Below, piece by piece: positions 27,859 through 36,562 of a stretch of 64,000 nucleotides of DNA (position 1 is the first letter of the stretch; each line of letters begins with the position of its first letter). The notes under the pieces were generated by a model. That model had not been told where the DNA came from. It did no database searches and saw only the letters and a list, made by a program, of their open reading frames with translations. Position numbers and translations under genes: made by a program. This stretch comes from Kiloniellaceae bacterium (GTDB lineage Bacteria > Pseudomonadota > Alphaproteobacteria > Kiloniellales > J153), in NCBI GenBank assembly GCA_021776115.1, contig JAJFGN010000063.1, positions 18,375 through 82,374 on the forward strand. The letters are read 5' to 3'.

Positions 27859-29335
27859 AGCCCTGGAGCGGCGCTTCCAGCGCCTGAACGCCTTGCGCGA
27901 GGCCGCGGGGGTCCTGCAATGGGACATGTCGGCCATGATGCCGCCGGGCGGCGCTCCGGCGCGCAGCGAGCAGCTCACGGCGCTCGATCTGACCTGTCAC
28001 GAGTGGTTGAGCGATCCGGCCGTGGCCGATCTTTTGGGCGAAGCGGAACAGGGCGCGGAGAAGCTCGATCCCTGGCGGCGCGCCAATTTGCGCGAGATGC
28101 GCCGGACCTGGCGCCACGAAACCGCCCTGGAGGCCAGGCTGGTCGAGGCCTTGGCCAAGACCCAACACCGCTGCGAGATGGCCTGGCGCGAGGCGCGGCC
28201 GGCCAGCGATTTCGCCGCCGTCTTGCCGCGCTTCGCCGAGCTTTTGAAGCTCGTGCGCGAGGCCGCCGACGCCAAGGCCGCCGCCTTCGGGTGCTCGCCT
28301 TACGACGCCTTGCTCGACGAGTACGAGCCGGGCGGCTCGTCTGCGCGAATCGACGCTATTTTCGGCGATCTGGCCGAGTTCCTGCCTGGTTTCTTGCCCC
28401 AGGCGCTGGCGCGCCAGGCTGCCGCGCCCGCGCCGGTCGCGCCGCCCGGCCCGTTTCCGGTCGCCGAGCAGGAGGCCCTGGCCCGGCGGCTCATGGCGGG
28501 TGTCGGCTTCGACTTCAGCCATGGCCGCCTGGATACCAGCCTGCATCCCTTCTGCGGCGGCGTGCCGGACGACGTGCGCATCACCACGCGCTACGACGAG
28601 GCGGATTTCACCTCCGCGCTCATGGGCGTGCTGCACGAAACCGGCCACGCGATGTACGAGCGCGGCCTGCCCGCCGAGTGGCGCTTGCAACCGGTCGGCG
28701 CGGCCGCCGGCATGGCGGCCCACGAAAGCCAATCCTTGCTGGTCGAGATGCAAGCCTGCCGGGGCGTGGAGTTCGTGTCCTACCTGGCGCCCTTGGCGCG
28801 CGAAGCCTTCGGCGGTGACGGACCAGCCTGGGAAGCGGAGAACCTCCTGCGGCTCGCCAACCGTGTCGAGCCGGGCTTCATTCGCGTGGATGCCGACGAG
28901 GTGACCTATCCGGCCCACATCATCCTGCGCACCCGCTTGGAAAAGGCGATGATCGCGGGCGATCTAGACCCCAAGGTCTTGCCCGGCGCCTGGAACGACG
29001 AGATGGACCGCCTGCTGGGGATTCGCCCGCCGGACGACCGTCTCGGCTGCCTGCAGGATATCCACTGGTACGACGGCGCCTGGGGCTATTTCCCGACCTA
29101 TACCCTGGGCGCCATGGCGGCCGCGCAAGTCTTCGCCGCCGCGAGGGACGCCGTGCCGGAAATCCCCGAAGCCATCGGGCGCGGCGACTTCGCGCCGCTC
29201 ATGGCCTGGCTGCGCGAAAATGTCCACAGCAAGGGTGCGCTTTACACCACCGACGATTTGCTGAAACAGGCGACCGGCAAACCCCTCGACCCCAAGGTCT
29301 TCGAGGCCCACCTGACAGCGCGGTATTTGGGGTAG
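27845..29335 (+). CDS. M32 thermostable-type carboxypeptidase
   Basis: HPF, HETGH, HESQS, IRVDADEVTY, GCLQDIHW, GYFPTYTLG. Confidence 0.95.
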   Translation: MKAYEALERRFQRLNALREAAGVLQWDMSAMMPPGGAPARSEQLTALDLTCHEWLSDPAVADLLGEAEQGAEKLDPWRRANLREMRRTWRHETALEARLVEALAKTQHRCEMAWREARPASDFAAVLPRFAELLKLVREAADAKAAAFGCSPYDALLDEYEPGGSSARIDAIFGDLAEFLPGFLPQALARQAAAPAPVAPPGPFPVAEQEALARRLMAGVGFDFSHGRLDTSLHPFCGGVPDDVRITTRYDEADFTSALMGVLHETGHAMYERGLPAEWRLQPVGAAAGMAAHESQSLLVEMQACRGVEFVSYLAPLAREAFGGDGPAWEAENLLRLANRVEPGFIRVDADEVTYPAHIILRTRLEKAMIAGDLDPKVLPGAWNDEMDRLLGIRPPDDRLGCLQDIHWYDGAWGYFPTYTLGAMAAAQVFAAARDAVPEIPEAIGRGDFAPLMAWLRENVHSKGALYTTDDLLKQATGKPLDPKVFEAHLTARYLG

Positions 29336-29545
29336 GGGACACGACCGACGCGCTCATCGTTATCGATATGCAGGTCGGTTCCTTCGGCGAGGACATGCCT
29401 CGTTTCGATACCGATGGTCTTGTTGAGCAACTGAATTTGCGCGCGAGAAAAGTGCGTGCGAGAAATGGCCTCGTCATTTTCGTTCCGCATGACGATCCTC
29501 CGGGGCGCGCGCATGCCCCGGGTGCGCTGTCCGGGTGGCCTCCTG
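29336..29545 (+). pseudogene. Truncated isochorismatase-like cysteine hydrolase remnant
   Basis: DALIVIDMQ...VIFVPHDDPPG...GW N-terminal motif; no start codon before the motif; catalytic Lys/Cys half missing. Confidence 0.7.
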
Positions 29546-29580
29546 CGCCGACATACTCGCGGGACCCTTATCAAAATGAC

Positions 29581-29982
29581 TTAAACCCCTATCCCCCCAA
29601 TAATCGCGCCTTGGATCAGCAGGGCGGTGAGCCAATAGCCGCCGTCGATGACGGTCAGGCTCCAGCCCTTGCCTTGGAAGCGGTGGTTGACGGTCATGGA
29701 GGTCACGACAAAGCCGACCCAAAGGAAGGCCGCTGTGATCAGCGCGTTGGCAATGCCGGCGCGGCCCAGGTGGCCGATCACGCCGGCCAGCATGAAGGCC
29801 ATGATGAGCTGGCACGCGGCGGCGACCAGATAAATCGACTTGCCGGTGCTCAGGTCCGCTTCGGTGACCCCGGCCGCCGCCATCCATTGTTTGCCCAGTG
29901 CGCCGTACCAAGCCGCGCCGCAACCGAAACTGGCGGCGGCGGCGACCAGAACCGCTAGATAGTTGATTCCCGCGAAAGTCAT
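29581..29982 (-). CDS. DUF1761 family membrane protein
   Basis: INYLAVLVAA...GAAWY...GKQW, IDGGYW. Confidence 0.85.
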   Translation of the reverse strand: MTFAGINYLAVLVAAAASFGCGAAWYGALGKQWMAAAGVTEADLSTGKSIYLVAAACQLIMAFMLAGVIGHLGRAGIANALITAAFLWVGFVVTSMTVNHRFQGKGWSLTVIDGGYWLTALLIQGAIIGGIGV

Positions 29983-30028
29983 GGGTACGCCTTCTCTTTG
30001 CCCGCAATGGCTTCAAGATACTACCGGG

Positions 30029-30074
30029 AGCGCGGTGAGAGAAATTTAACTTCGTGCTAAACTTATCGACACAT
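30029..30074 (+). repeat. Copy 1 of a duplicated ~45-bp upstream element
   Basis: agcgcggtgagagaaatttaacttcgtgctaaacttatcgacacat; copy 2 at 31071-31115. Confidence 0.85.
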
Positions 30075-30210
30075 CAAGGAAGGTAAGAACGCGATCTTCG
30101 CGGCCGGATGCCCATTGTGCTATCGTTGCCGGCAATTGGGAGGAGCCATCTGAAAAACCCGGCTTAGACTCGGCTCGCGCGGCGGCGACTAGAAATGGCG
30201 GGAGGCTTAA

Positions 30211-30888
30211 ATGAATCGGGGCACGTTCAGCGTCGCGATCGCCGCGATGATGCTACTAGCGTCGCAGGCGAAGGCGGATAACTGGTATTTTCAGGGCCTG
30301 GTCGGTAAGCGCTTCTTGACCGAGTCGGACCTGACCCTGGAAGGCACTACGAGCAAGGTTGAGATAGCGACGGACGGCGTCCCCAGCGGCAGCGCCGCCT
30401 TGGGCTATCGCATCCGGTCTTTTCCCCATCATGCCATCGATACCCGCATCGAGATCCAAGGCGGCGCTTCGGAAAGCGAGCCCGAGACGATCGAGCCGAG
30501 AGGGGCTCTGGCCACTCGGCTGGGCACGACTGAGAAAGTTGGTTTTGACGCCGAAAACGTGCATTCGATCTTCGGCATGGTCAATCTATGGATCGATTAT
30601 GACCTCGGCGCCTCTTGGCTGGTAAGCGCGGGCGGTGGAGTGGGGACGGCCTACATCGCTTGGGACCGCGCCAGACAAGGGGCAACGGTGATCCTTGATG
30701 ACAGCGACCTCGTGCTCGCCTATCAGGGCGGCCTGGGCGTCGGGTACGAAATCCTCCCGGACCTCGTGATAAGCGTGGATTACCGCTACTTCGCGACGGC
30801 CGACCCCCACTTCAGCTTCGACGGCGATTGGACGGCGGAATACGGGAGCCACGATTTGATGTTCGGTTTCCGGTATTTTTTCTGGTAG
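30211..30888 (+). CDS. Outer-membrane beta-barrel protein (OmpA-TM/opacity-like)
   Basis: Signal peptide, GGGVG.A, LAYQGGLGVGY, DYRYF, terminal FGFRYFFW; GGAGG RBS. Confidence 0.85.
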   Translation: MNRGTFSVAIAAMMLLASQAKADNWYFQGLVGKRFLTESDLTLEGTTSKVEIATDGVPSGSAALGYRIRSFPHHAIDTRIEIQGGASESEPETIEPRGALATRLGTTEKVGFDAENVHSIFGMVNLWIDYDLGASWLVSAGGGVGTAYIAWDRARQGATVILDDSDLVLAYQGGLGVGYEILPDLVISVDYRYFATADPHFSFDGDWTAEYGSHDLMFGFRYFFW

Positions 30889-31030
30889 GTGACGGTGCTT
30901 GCGCTGACCTGCCCCGATTTCGGCACCGGTCGTTGGTTTAGACTATTTGAGCTGTCTGGCAAGCGGCGAGGAGTCCGCAACCCCTCGGCAACGAAGGGCA
31001 TCGTCCGGATCGACGCCAGCAAAACCGCTG

Positions 31031-31115
31031 TTAGATTCCTATCGCCCCGACGATCGCGCCTTGGATCGGCAGCGCGGCGAGAGGGATTAACTTCATGCTA
31101 AACTTATCGATACAT
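31031..31115 (-). pseudogene. Internally deleted second copy of the DUF1761 locus
   Basis: 31031-31081 encodes LAALPIQGAIVGAIGI* versus LTALLIQGAIIGGIGV* in the intact gene, fused directly to a copy of the upstream element. Confidence 0.8.
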
Positions 31116-31159
31116 GTCTTGATCGGACCTGCTTGCCCTCGACGAAGGAGCGCCACCCC

Positions 31160-31642
31160 ATGACACTGTGCCCGTGCGGTTCGGACCGGCGCTTAAACGA
31201 CTGCTGCGGCCCCATCGTCGCCGGCGCGCCTGCGGCCACCGCCGAGATCCTGATGCGCTCGCGCTATACCGCGTTCACCCTGGCCAATGTCGACTATCTG
31301 ACCGCGACGCTGGCGCCGGAAATTCGCGGCGATTTCGATGCCGCCGAGGCCGAGGAAACGGCCAAGAAAACGCTTTGGGACGGCCTGGAGGTGCAGGCTG
31401 TGACCGGCGGTGGCGCAAACGAGCGTACCGGCACGGTCGAGTTCGTGGCCCGCTTTCGCTATAGTGGCGAGCGGCGCGTTCATCACGAATTGGCGAGCTT
31501 TCGCCGCGAGGGGGAACGTTGGATGTGCGATGGCGGTGAGATGAATCCCAAGGGCCCGCCGCGCCAAGTCACGAAGGTCGGACGCAACGAGCCTTGTCCT
31601 TGCGGCTCCGGCAAGAAATTCAAGAAATGCTGCGGCGCCTGA
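31160..31642 (+). CDS. YchJ family protein with SEC-C motifs
   Basis: CPCGS....[41 protein letters not shown]. Confidence 0.9.
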   Translation: MTLCPCGSDRRLNDCCGPIVAGAPAATAEILMRSRYTAFTLANVDYLTATLAPEIRGDFDAAEAEETAKKTLWDGLEVQAVTGGGANERTGTVEFVARFRYSGERRVHHELASFRREGERWMCDGGEMNPKGPPRQVTKVGRNEPCPCGSGKKFKKCCGA

Positions 31643-31688
31643 GCGGGGTCCGGGGCTTGTTCCCCGCGCGCGCCTGGGCGGATGCCTG

Positions 31689-32444
31689 ATGGAACGCCGC
31701 TTCGAGTGTACGGCTTGCGGCAAGTGCTGTTTCGGTTGGCTGCCGCTGACGCTCGACGACGCGCTGGATCACGCGCACCGCTTTCCGCTGGCGCTTATCT
31801 GGACGCCGGCGCGCCAGGGCAGCAAGGCCTTCGAGTTGACCGCGCGAATAGGCGTGACCTTGCGGCTACCGGATCGCAAGCGGATCGCGGTGCGGATTAC
31901 CCCGACCGCCTATGTGCCGCCATCCTTTCCCTGCCCGTCGCTGACGTCCGAGGGTCTGTGCGGCATCCATGAGGACAAGCCGCTAAGGTGCCGGACCATG
32001 CCGTTTTTCCCCTATCATGAGGAAGGGGATCAGACAGGGTCGCTTATCCCGCGAGATGGCTGGGCCTGCGATACTTCCGAGGCCGCGCCTGTGGTTTACC
32101 GGGACAAGAAAATCGTGGATCGCGGGGATTTCGACCGCGAAAGGGAGGCGATCCTGCGGCAGGCGCCCGGCTTGCGTTCCTATGCGGAAGCGCAACTGGC
32201 CAAGGCGCCGGGGGTGCGCGAAGCGGTGGTGCGGGCCGCCGCGCCGCGCGCGGCCGGGCACATTGTGCGAAGCTTCTCCGCCATTGTTCATAGCATGCAG
32301 GCGGTCGATACGCGCGCCTTCGCCGAACGTCAGCTTCCGGTGCTGACGGACTTCGCGGCCGCCACGGCCAGCGTGCCCGAGGTATCGGACTATCATCAAT
32401 ACTACTTGAGATCGGCTAGCGAAATGGAGCGCTTGCTGGCGTGA
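31689..32444 (+). CDS. YkgJ-like CxxCxxCC cysteine-cluster protein
   Basis: FECTACGKCC, CPSL...CGIHEDKPLRCRTMPF. Confidence 0.85.
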   Translation: MERRFECTACGKCCFGWLPLTLDDALDHAHRFPLALIWTPARQGSKAFELTARIGVTLRLPDRKRIAVRITPTAYVPPSFPCPSLTSEGLCGIHEDKPLRCRTMPFFPYHEEGDQTGSLIPRDGWACDTSEAAPVVYRDKKIVDRGDFDREREAILRQAPGLRSYAEAQLAKAPGVREAVVRAAAPRAAGHIVRSFSAIVHSMQAVDTRAFAERQLPVLTDFAAATASVPEVSDYHQYYLRSASEMERLLA

Positions 32445-32535
32445 GCAAGGCCCGGACTTCCACGGCGGCATCCCTTGTCCGGCCCCGGCCCTGTGTCTAG
32501 ATTAGCGAGCCTTCACCGAGGATCGGCGACCGAAT

Positions 32536-33969
32536 TTGCGCTATGTGAGTACACGCGGGAGCGCGCCCGCGCTTGGGTTCGAGGACGTTCTGCTGACCGG
32601 GCTGGCCCGTGACGGCGGGCTTTACGTGCCCGAGGTCTGGCCGCGGTTTTCGCCCGCCGATATCCGCGCCCTGGCCGGTCTGCCCTATGCCGAAGCCGCC
32701 GCGCGGGTCATGCGGCCCTTCGTTGGCGACGCCCTGGATGAGGGGACGCTGGATACGCTCCTACGCGACGCCTATGCGTCCTTCGGTCACGCGGCGGTCG
32801 CGCCCTTGAAGCAGCTCGATTCGCGCACCTGGCTGATGGAACTTTTTCATGGGCCGACGCTGGCGTTCAAGGATTTCGCGCTGCAGGTCGTCGGGCGTCT
32901 CTTCGACCATGTGCTGACTCGCCGCGGCCAGCGCGTGACCATTGTCGGCGCGACCTCGGGCGACACGGGGTCGGCCGCGATCGAGGCCTGCAAGGGCCGT
33001 GACCGGATCGAGGCCTTCATCCTGCATCCGCAGGGGCGGGTGTCGGCGGTCCAGCGGCGCCAGATGACGACCGTCATGGACGAGAACGTCCATAACCTCG
33101 CCATCGAGGGCACCTTCGACGATTGCCAGGACATGGTGAAGGCCATGTTCAACGACACCGCCTTTCGCGACGAGATGGGCCTCTCGGCGGTCAATTCGAT
33201 CAACTGGGCCCGGATCATGGCCCAGATTGCCTATTACTTCGTGGCCGCGGCGGCTCTGGGGGCGCCGGAGCGGCGCGTTGCCTTTGCCGTACCGACCGGG
33301 AACTTCGGTAATATCTTCGCCGGTTACGCGGCCGCCAAAATGGGCTTGCCGGTGGCCAAACTCATCGTCGGATCGAACCGTAACGATATCCTGACCCGTT
33401 TCTTCGAAACCGGGGTCATGTCCATGGCCGAGGTTCATCCCACCTACGCGCCCAGCATGGATATTCAGGTGTCGAGCAATTTCGAGCGGCTGCTGTTCGA
33501 GATTTTCGACCGCGACGGTGCGGCCGTCGCCGAAGCCATGGCCGCATTCCGCGCGACCGGTAAGTTGGATCCGGGCCGGGCGCGCTGGCGGAAGGCCTGC
33601 GCTTTGTTCGAGGCGGCGCGCCTGGACGATGCCGAGACCCTGGCGGAGATCGCGCGCCTGCACCGCGAAACCGGCGAGCTGATCGATCCCCACAGCGCTA
33701 TCGGCATTGCGGCGGCGCGCTCAAAGGCCGACGGCAAAGAGCTTTCCGACCCGGCGGTTCCGATTGTCGCGCTGGCGACGGCACATCCCGCCAAGTTTCC
33801 CGACGCGGTGGAGAAAGCAACCGGCGTGCGCCCGGCCGTACCCGCGCGCCTGGGCGATCTCTTTTCGCGCGAGGAACGGGTCAGCGTCCTGCCTAACGAC
33901 CTTGCGCAGGTTCAGGATTTCGTGCGCCGTCACGTCCGGCGTAACACACCCGTGCCGGAGCGCGCATGA
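32536..33969 (+). CDS. thrC: Threonine synthase
   Basis: YVSTRG, ELFHGPTLAFKD, ATSGDTG, VNSINWAR, TAHPAKF. Confidence 0.97.
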   Translation: MRYVSTRGSAPALGFEDVLLTGLARDGGLYVPEVWPRFSPADIRALAGLPYAEAAARVMRPFVGDALDEGTLDTLLRDAYASFGHAAVAPLKQLDSRTWLMELFHGPTLAFKDFALQVVGRLFDHVLTRRGQRVTIVGATSGDTGSAAIEACKGRDRIEAFILHPQGRVSAVQRRQMTTVMDENVHNLAIEGTFDDCQDMVKAMFNDTAFRDEMGLSAVNSINWARIMAQIAYYFVAAAALGAPERRVAFAVPTGNFGNIFAGYAAAKMGLPVAKLIVGSNRNDILTRFFETGVMSMAEVHPTYAPSMDIQVSSNFERLLFEIFDRDGAAVAEAMAAFRATGKLDPGRARWRKACALFEAARLDDAETLAEIARLHRETGELIDPHSAIGIAAARSKADGKELSDPAVPIVALATAHPAKFPDAVEKATGVRPAVPARLGDLFSREERVSVLPNDLAQVQDFVRRHVRRNTPVPERA

Positions 33970-35222
33970 CCGTCCAGGTTTCCAAACTTGCCAATGGCCT
34001 GACCGTTATGACCGACGCGATGGAGAACGTCGAGACCGTCTCGCTCGGTGCCTGGATCGGGGTTGGCACACGCCAAGAGCCGGCCGAGGTCAACGGCATT
34101 GCCCACCTCTTGGAGCACATGGCCTTCAAGGGGACCGAGCGGCGCTCCGCCTATGACATCGCGGAAGAGATCGAGGCCGTCGGCGGGCACCTGAACGCTT
34201 ATACCAGCCGCGAGAACACCGCCTTCTACGCCAAGGTTTTGGCCGAGGACGCGCCGCTCGCGGCCGATATCATTTCCGACATCCTGCTTAACCCAACCTT
34301 CGACGAGGACGAGTTGAAACGCGAGCGCGCGGTTGTGTTGCAGGAGATCGGTCAGGCCAACGATACCCCGGACGATGTCGTCTTCGACCGCTTTCAAGAG
34401 ACCGCCTATCCCGGTCAGGCGATCGGCCGCCCGGTGCTAGGGACCGCCGAGATCGTCAGCGGAATTGGCCGGGCGCCTTTAAGAGATTACATGTCGCGCC
34501 ACTACGGCACCGGGTCGATGGTCATGGCGGCCGCCGGAAGAATCGCGCACGAACGCTTTGTCGATTTGGCCGGCGCGGCCTATGAAGACTTGCCGCGCGA
34601 GCGCGGGAGCAACGTGGAATCGGCCGTCTATCGGGGCGGCGAATACCGCGAGACCCGCGATCTGGAGCAGGTTCATATTCTTTTGGGATTCGATTCGGTC
34701 AGCTACCTGGATCCGGATTACTACACGGCCTCGGTCTTCTCGACCCTCTTTGGCGGGGGTATGTCGTCGCGGTTATTTCAGGAAGTGCGTGAGAAGCGCG
34801 GCCTCGTGTATTCGGTTTATTCCTTCGTGGCGGCGTATCGCGACGGCGGCACCTTCGGCATTTATGCCGGAACCGGTGAAAACGAGGCGGCCGAACTCGT
34901 CCCCGTGGTCTGCGGCGAGTTGGCGAAGGCCGCCGTCGAGGTGAGCGACGAAGAGATCGTACGGGCCAGGGCTCAGCTCAAGGCCTCGATCCTGATGAGT
35001 CTGGAAAGCACGGGTTCGCGCTGCGAGCAACTTGCGCAGCAGGTCTTGACCTATGGCCGCCCCCTCGGCGTGCCGGAGATCGTGGCCAAGATCGAAGCCG
35101 TCGATGTCCAGGCCGTGCGCCGTTACGCGGAACGGCTCGCCACCAGCCGGCCGACCCTGGCCAGCGTAGGTCCGGTAGGGAAGGTAGAACGGTTCGACCG
35201 GGTCGCCGCCCGCTTCGGATAG
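33966..35222 (+). CDS. M16 family zinc peptidase
   Basis: HLLEH inverted motif, NAYTSRE, MSSRLFQEVREKRGL. Confidence 0.95.
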   Translation: MTVQVSKLANGLTVMTDAMENVETVSLGAWIGVGTRQEPAEVNGIAHLLEHMAFKGTERRSAYDIAEEIEAVGGHLNAYTSRENTAFYAKVLAEDAPLAADIISDILLNPTFDEDELKRERAVVLQEIGQANDTPDDVVFDRFQETAYPGQAIGRPVLGTAEIVSGIGRAPLRDYMSRHYGTGSMVMAAAGRIAHERFVDLAGAAYEDLPRERGSNVESAVYRGGEYRETRDLEQVHILLGFDSVSYLDPDYYTASVFSTLFGGGMSSRLFQEVREKRGLVYSVYSFVAAYRDGGTFGIYAGTGENEAAELVPVVCGELAKAAVEVSDEEIVRARAQLKASILMSLESTGSRCEQLAQQVLTYGRPLGVPEIVAKIEAVDVQAVRRYAERLATSRPTLASVGPVGKVERFDRVAARFG

Positions 35223-35233
35223 GTCGGGGGCTC

Positions 35234-35827
35234 ATGCTATTCCGGCAATGGCGCGATTCTTCGGCCCAACACCCAAGGCTGGAGGGACGCCGCGTATACC
35301 TGCGGCCGCCGGCTCACCGGGATTGGCGCGCCTGGGCCGATCTGCGCGGGGAAAGCCGCGATTTCCTGACCCCATGGGAGCCGACCTGGGCCTATGACGC
35401 GCTGACACGCAAAGCGTACCGGCGCCGGCTGCGGGCCTATAGGGCGGAGCTGCGCCAGGGCACCAGTTACAGCTTCCTCGTCTTTCGCAGCGAGGATGAC
35501 GCGCTCTTGGGCGGCGTCACCTTGTCCAATGTCCGCCGTGGCGTCGCGCAATGCGCGAGCCTCGGCTACTGGTCCGGCGCCCGCTATAGCCGTCAGGGCT
35601 ACATGACCGAATCCCTGGCCGTGGCCTTGAAGTTCGCGCTTGGAAACTTAGGCTTGCACCGGGTCGAGGCTGCCTGCTTGCCCGCCAACACCGCCAGTCG
35701 GGCCCTCCTCCTCAAGTCCGGTTTCCGTGAGGAAGGTCACGCGCGGGAGTACTTGCGTATCGACGGCCGCTGGCAGGACCACCTGCTGTTCGGCATCTTG
35801 CGCGCGGACGTGAAAAACCTGGATTAA
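35234..35827 (+). CDS. RimJ-like GNAT acetyltransferase
   Basis: FLTPWEP, NVRRGVAQ..LGYW, LHRVEAAC, YLRIDGRWQDH. Confidence 0.9.
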   Translation: MLFRQWRDSSAQHPRLEGRRVYLRPPAHRDWRAWADLRGESRDFLTPWEPTWAYDALTRKAYRRRLRAYRAELRQGTSYSFLVFRSEDDALLGGVTLSNVRRGVAQCASLGYWSGARYSRQGYMTESLAVALKFALGNLGLHRVEAACLPANTASRALLLKSGFREEGHAREYLRIDGRWQDHLLFGILRADVKNLD

Positions 35828-35836
35828 GCGATATCG

Positions 35837-36421
35837 CTAGGCGTGGCCGGCATCGCCGGACAACAGCGTCGGGTCGAAACCCAGCTTGGCGATGGCGCGA
35901 TCCCATTTGCTGTCCAGGTCGTCGTCGAAGACGAGCCCCTCGTCGGGGGCCACGTGAAGCCAGCCATTGGCATGAATCTCGGTGTCCAGTTGTCCAGGGC
36001 CCCATCCGGCGTAGCCAAGCGCGAGCAGGCTGCGCCTCGGTCCGCGTCCTTTCGCAATGTCCTGGAGGATATCGATGGTCGCGGTCAGAGCGACCTCGTC
36101 ATTGACCTCAAGCGTGCTTTCATGCCGGTATTCGCCCGAGTGCAAGACAAAGCCCCGGCCGGTCTCCACAGGACCGCCGAAATGGATACGGGTATCCGTG
36201 CCGCTCTTCGGTGAATCGATACCGAGTTGCTGCAAGAGGTCTGGAAAGGTCACCGCGCCCGCGAGGCGGTTGATGACGAGGCCCATGGCCCCCTCAATAT
36301 TGTGCGCACACATATAAATTACCGTGCGGGCGAAGCGATTATCCTGCATGCTGGGCATGGCGATCAGGAGCTGCCCGGACATGTAGCCGCCCTGCAAACC
36401 TCTACTTTCGCCTTGTTTCAT
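35837..36421 (-). CDS. yqgE: YqgE/AlgH family protein
   Basis: LLIAMP, GGPVE.RGFVLH, LGYAGWGPGQL, GHA C-terminus. Confidence 0.93.
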   Translation of the reverse strand: MKQGESRGLQGGYMSGQLLIAMPSMQDNRFARTVIYMCAHNIEGAMGLVINRLAGAVTFPDLLQQLGIDSPKSGTDTRIHFGGPVETGRGFVLHSGEYRHESTLEVNDEVALTATIDILQDIAKGRGPRRSLLALGYAGWGPGQLDTEIHANGWLHVAPDEGLVFDDDLDSKWDRAIAKLGFDPTLLSGDAGHA

Positions 36422-36562
36422 TGTTCCTCGCCCCGACTAGCCGGCGGGCGAGACGGACCTAACCCAACCCCGCCCACGGAAAAAAGCACAAATCACCTCG
36501 CCACAACAATGTGACGCGAGCGTGACCGTTCAACCATACTATATATGATGGGTTAGTTCCAC

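Noticed and set aside
31029-31043. tgttagattc as a third, inverted IS630 scar
   Set aside because: Fully explained by the stop region of the DUF1761 ghost copy
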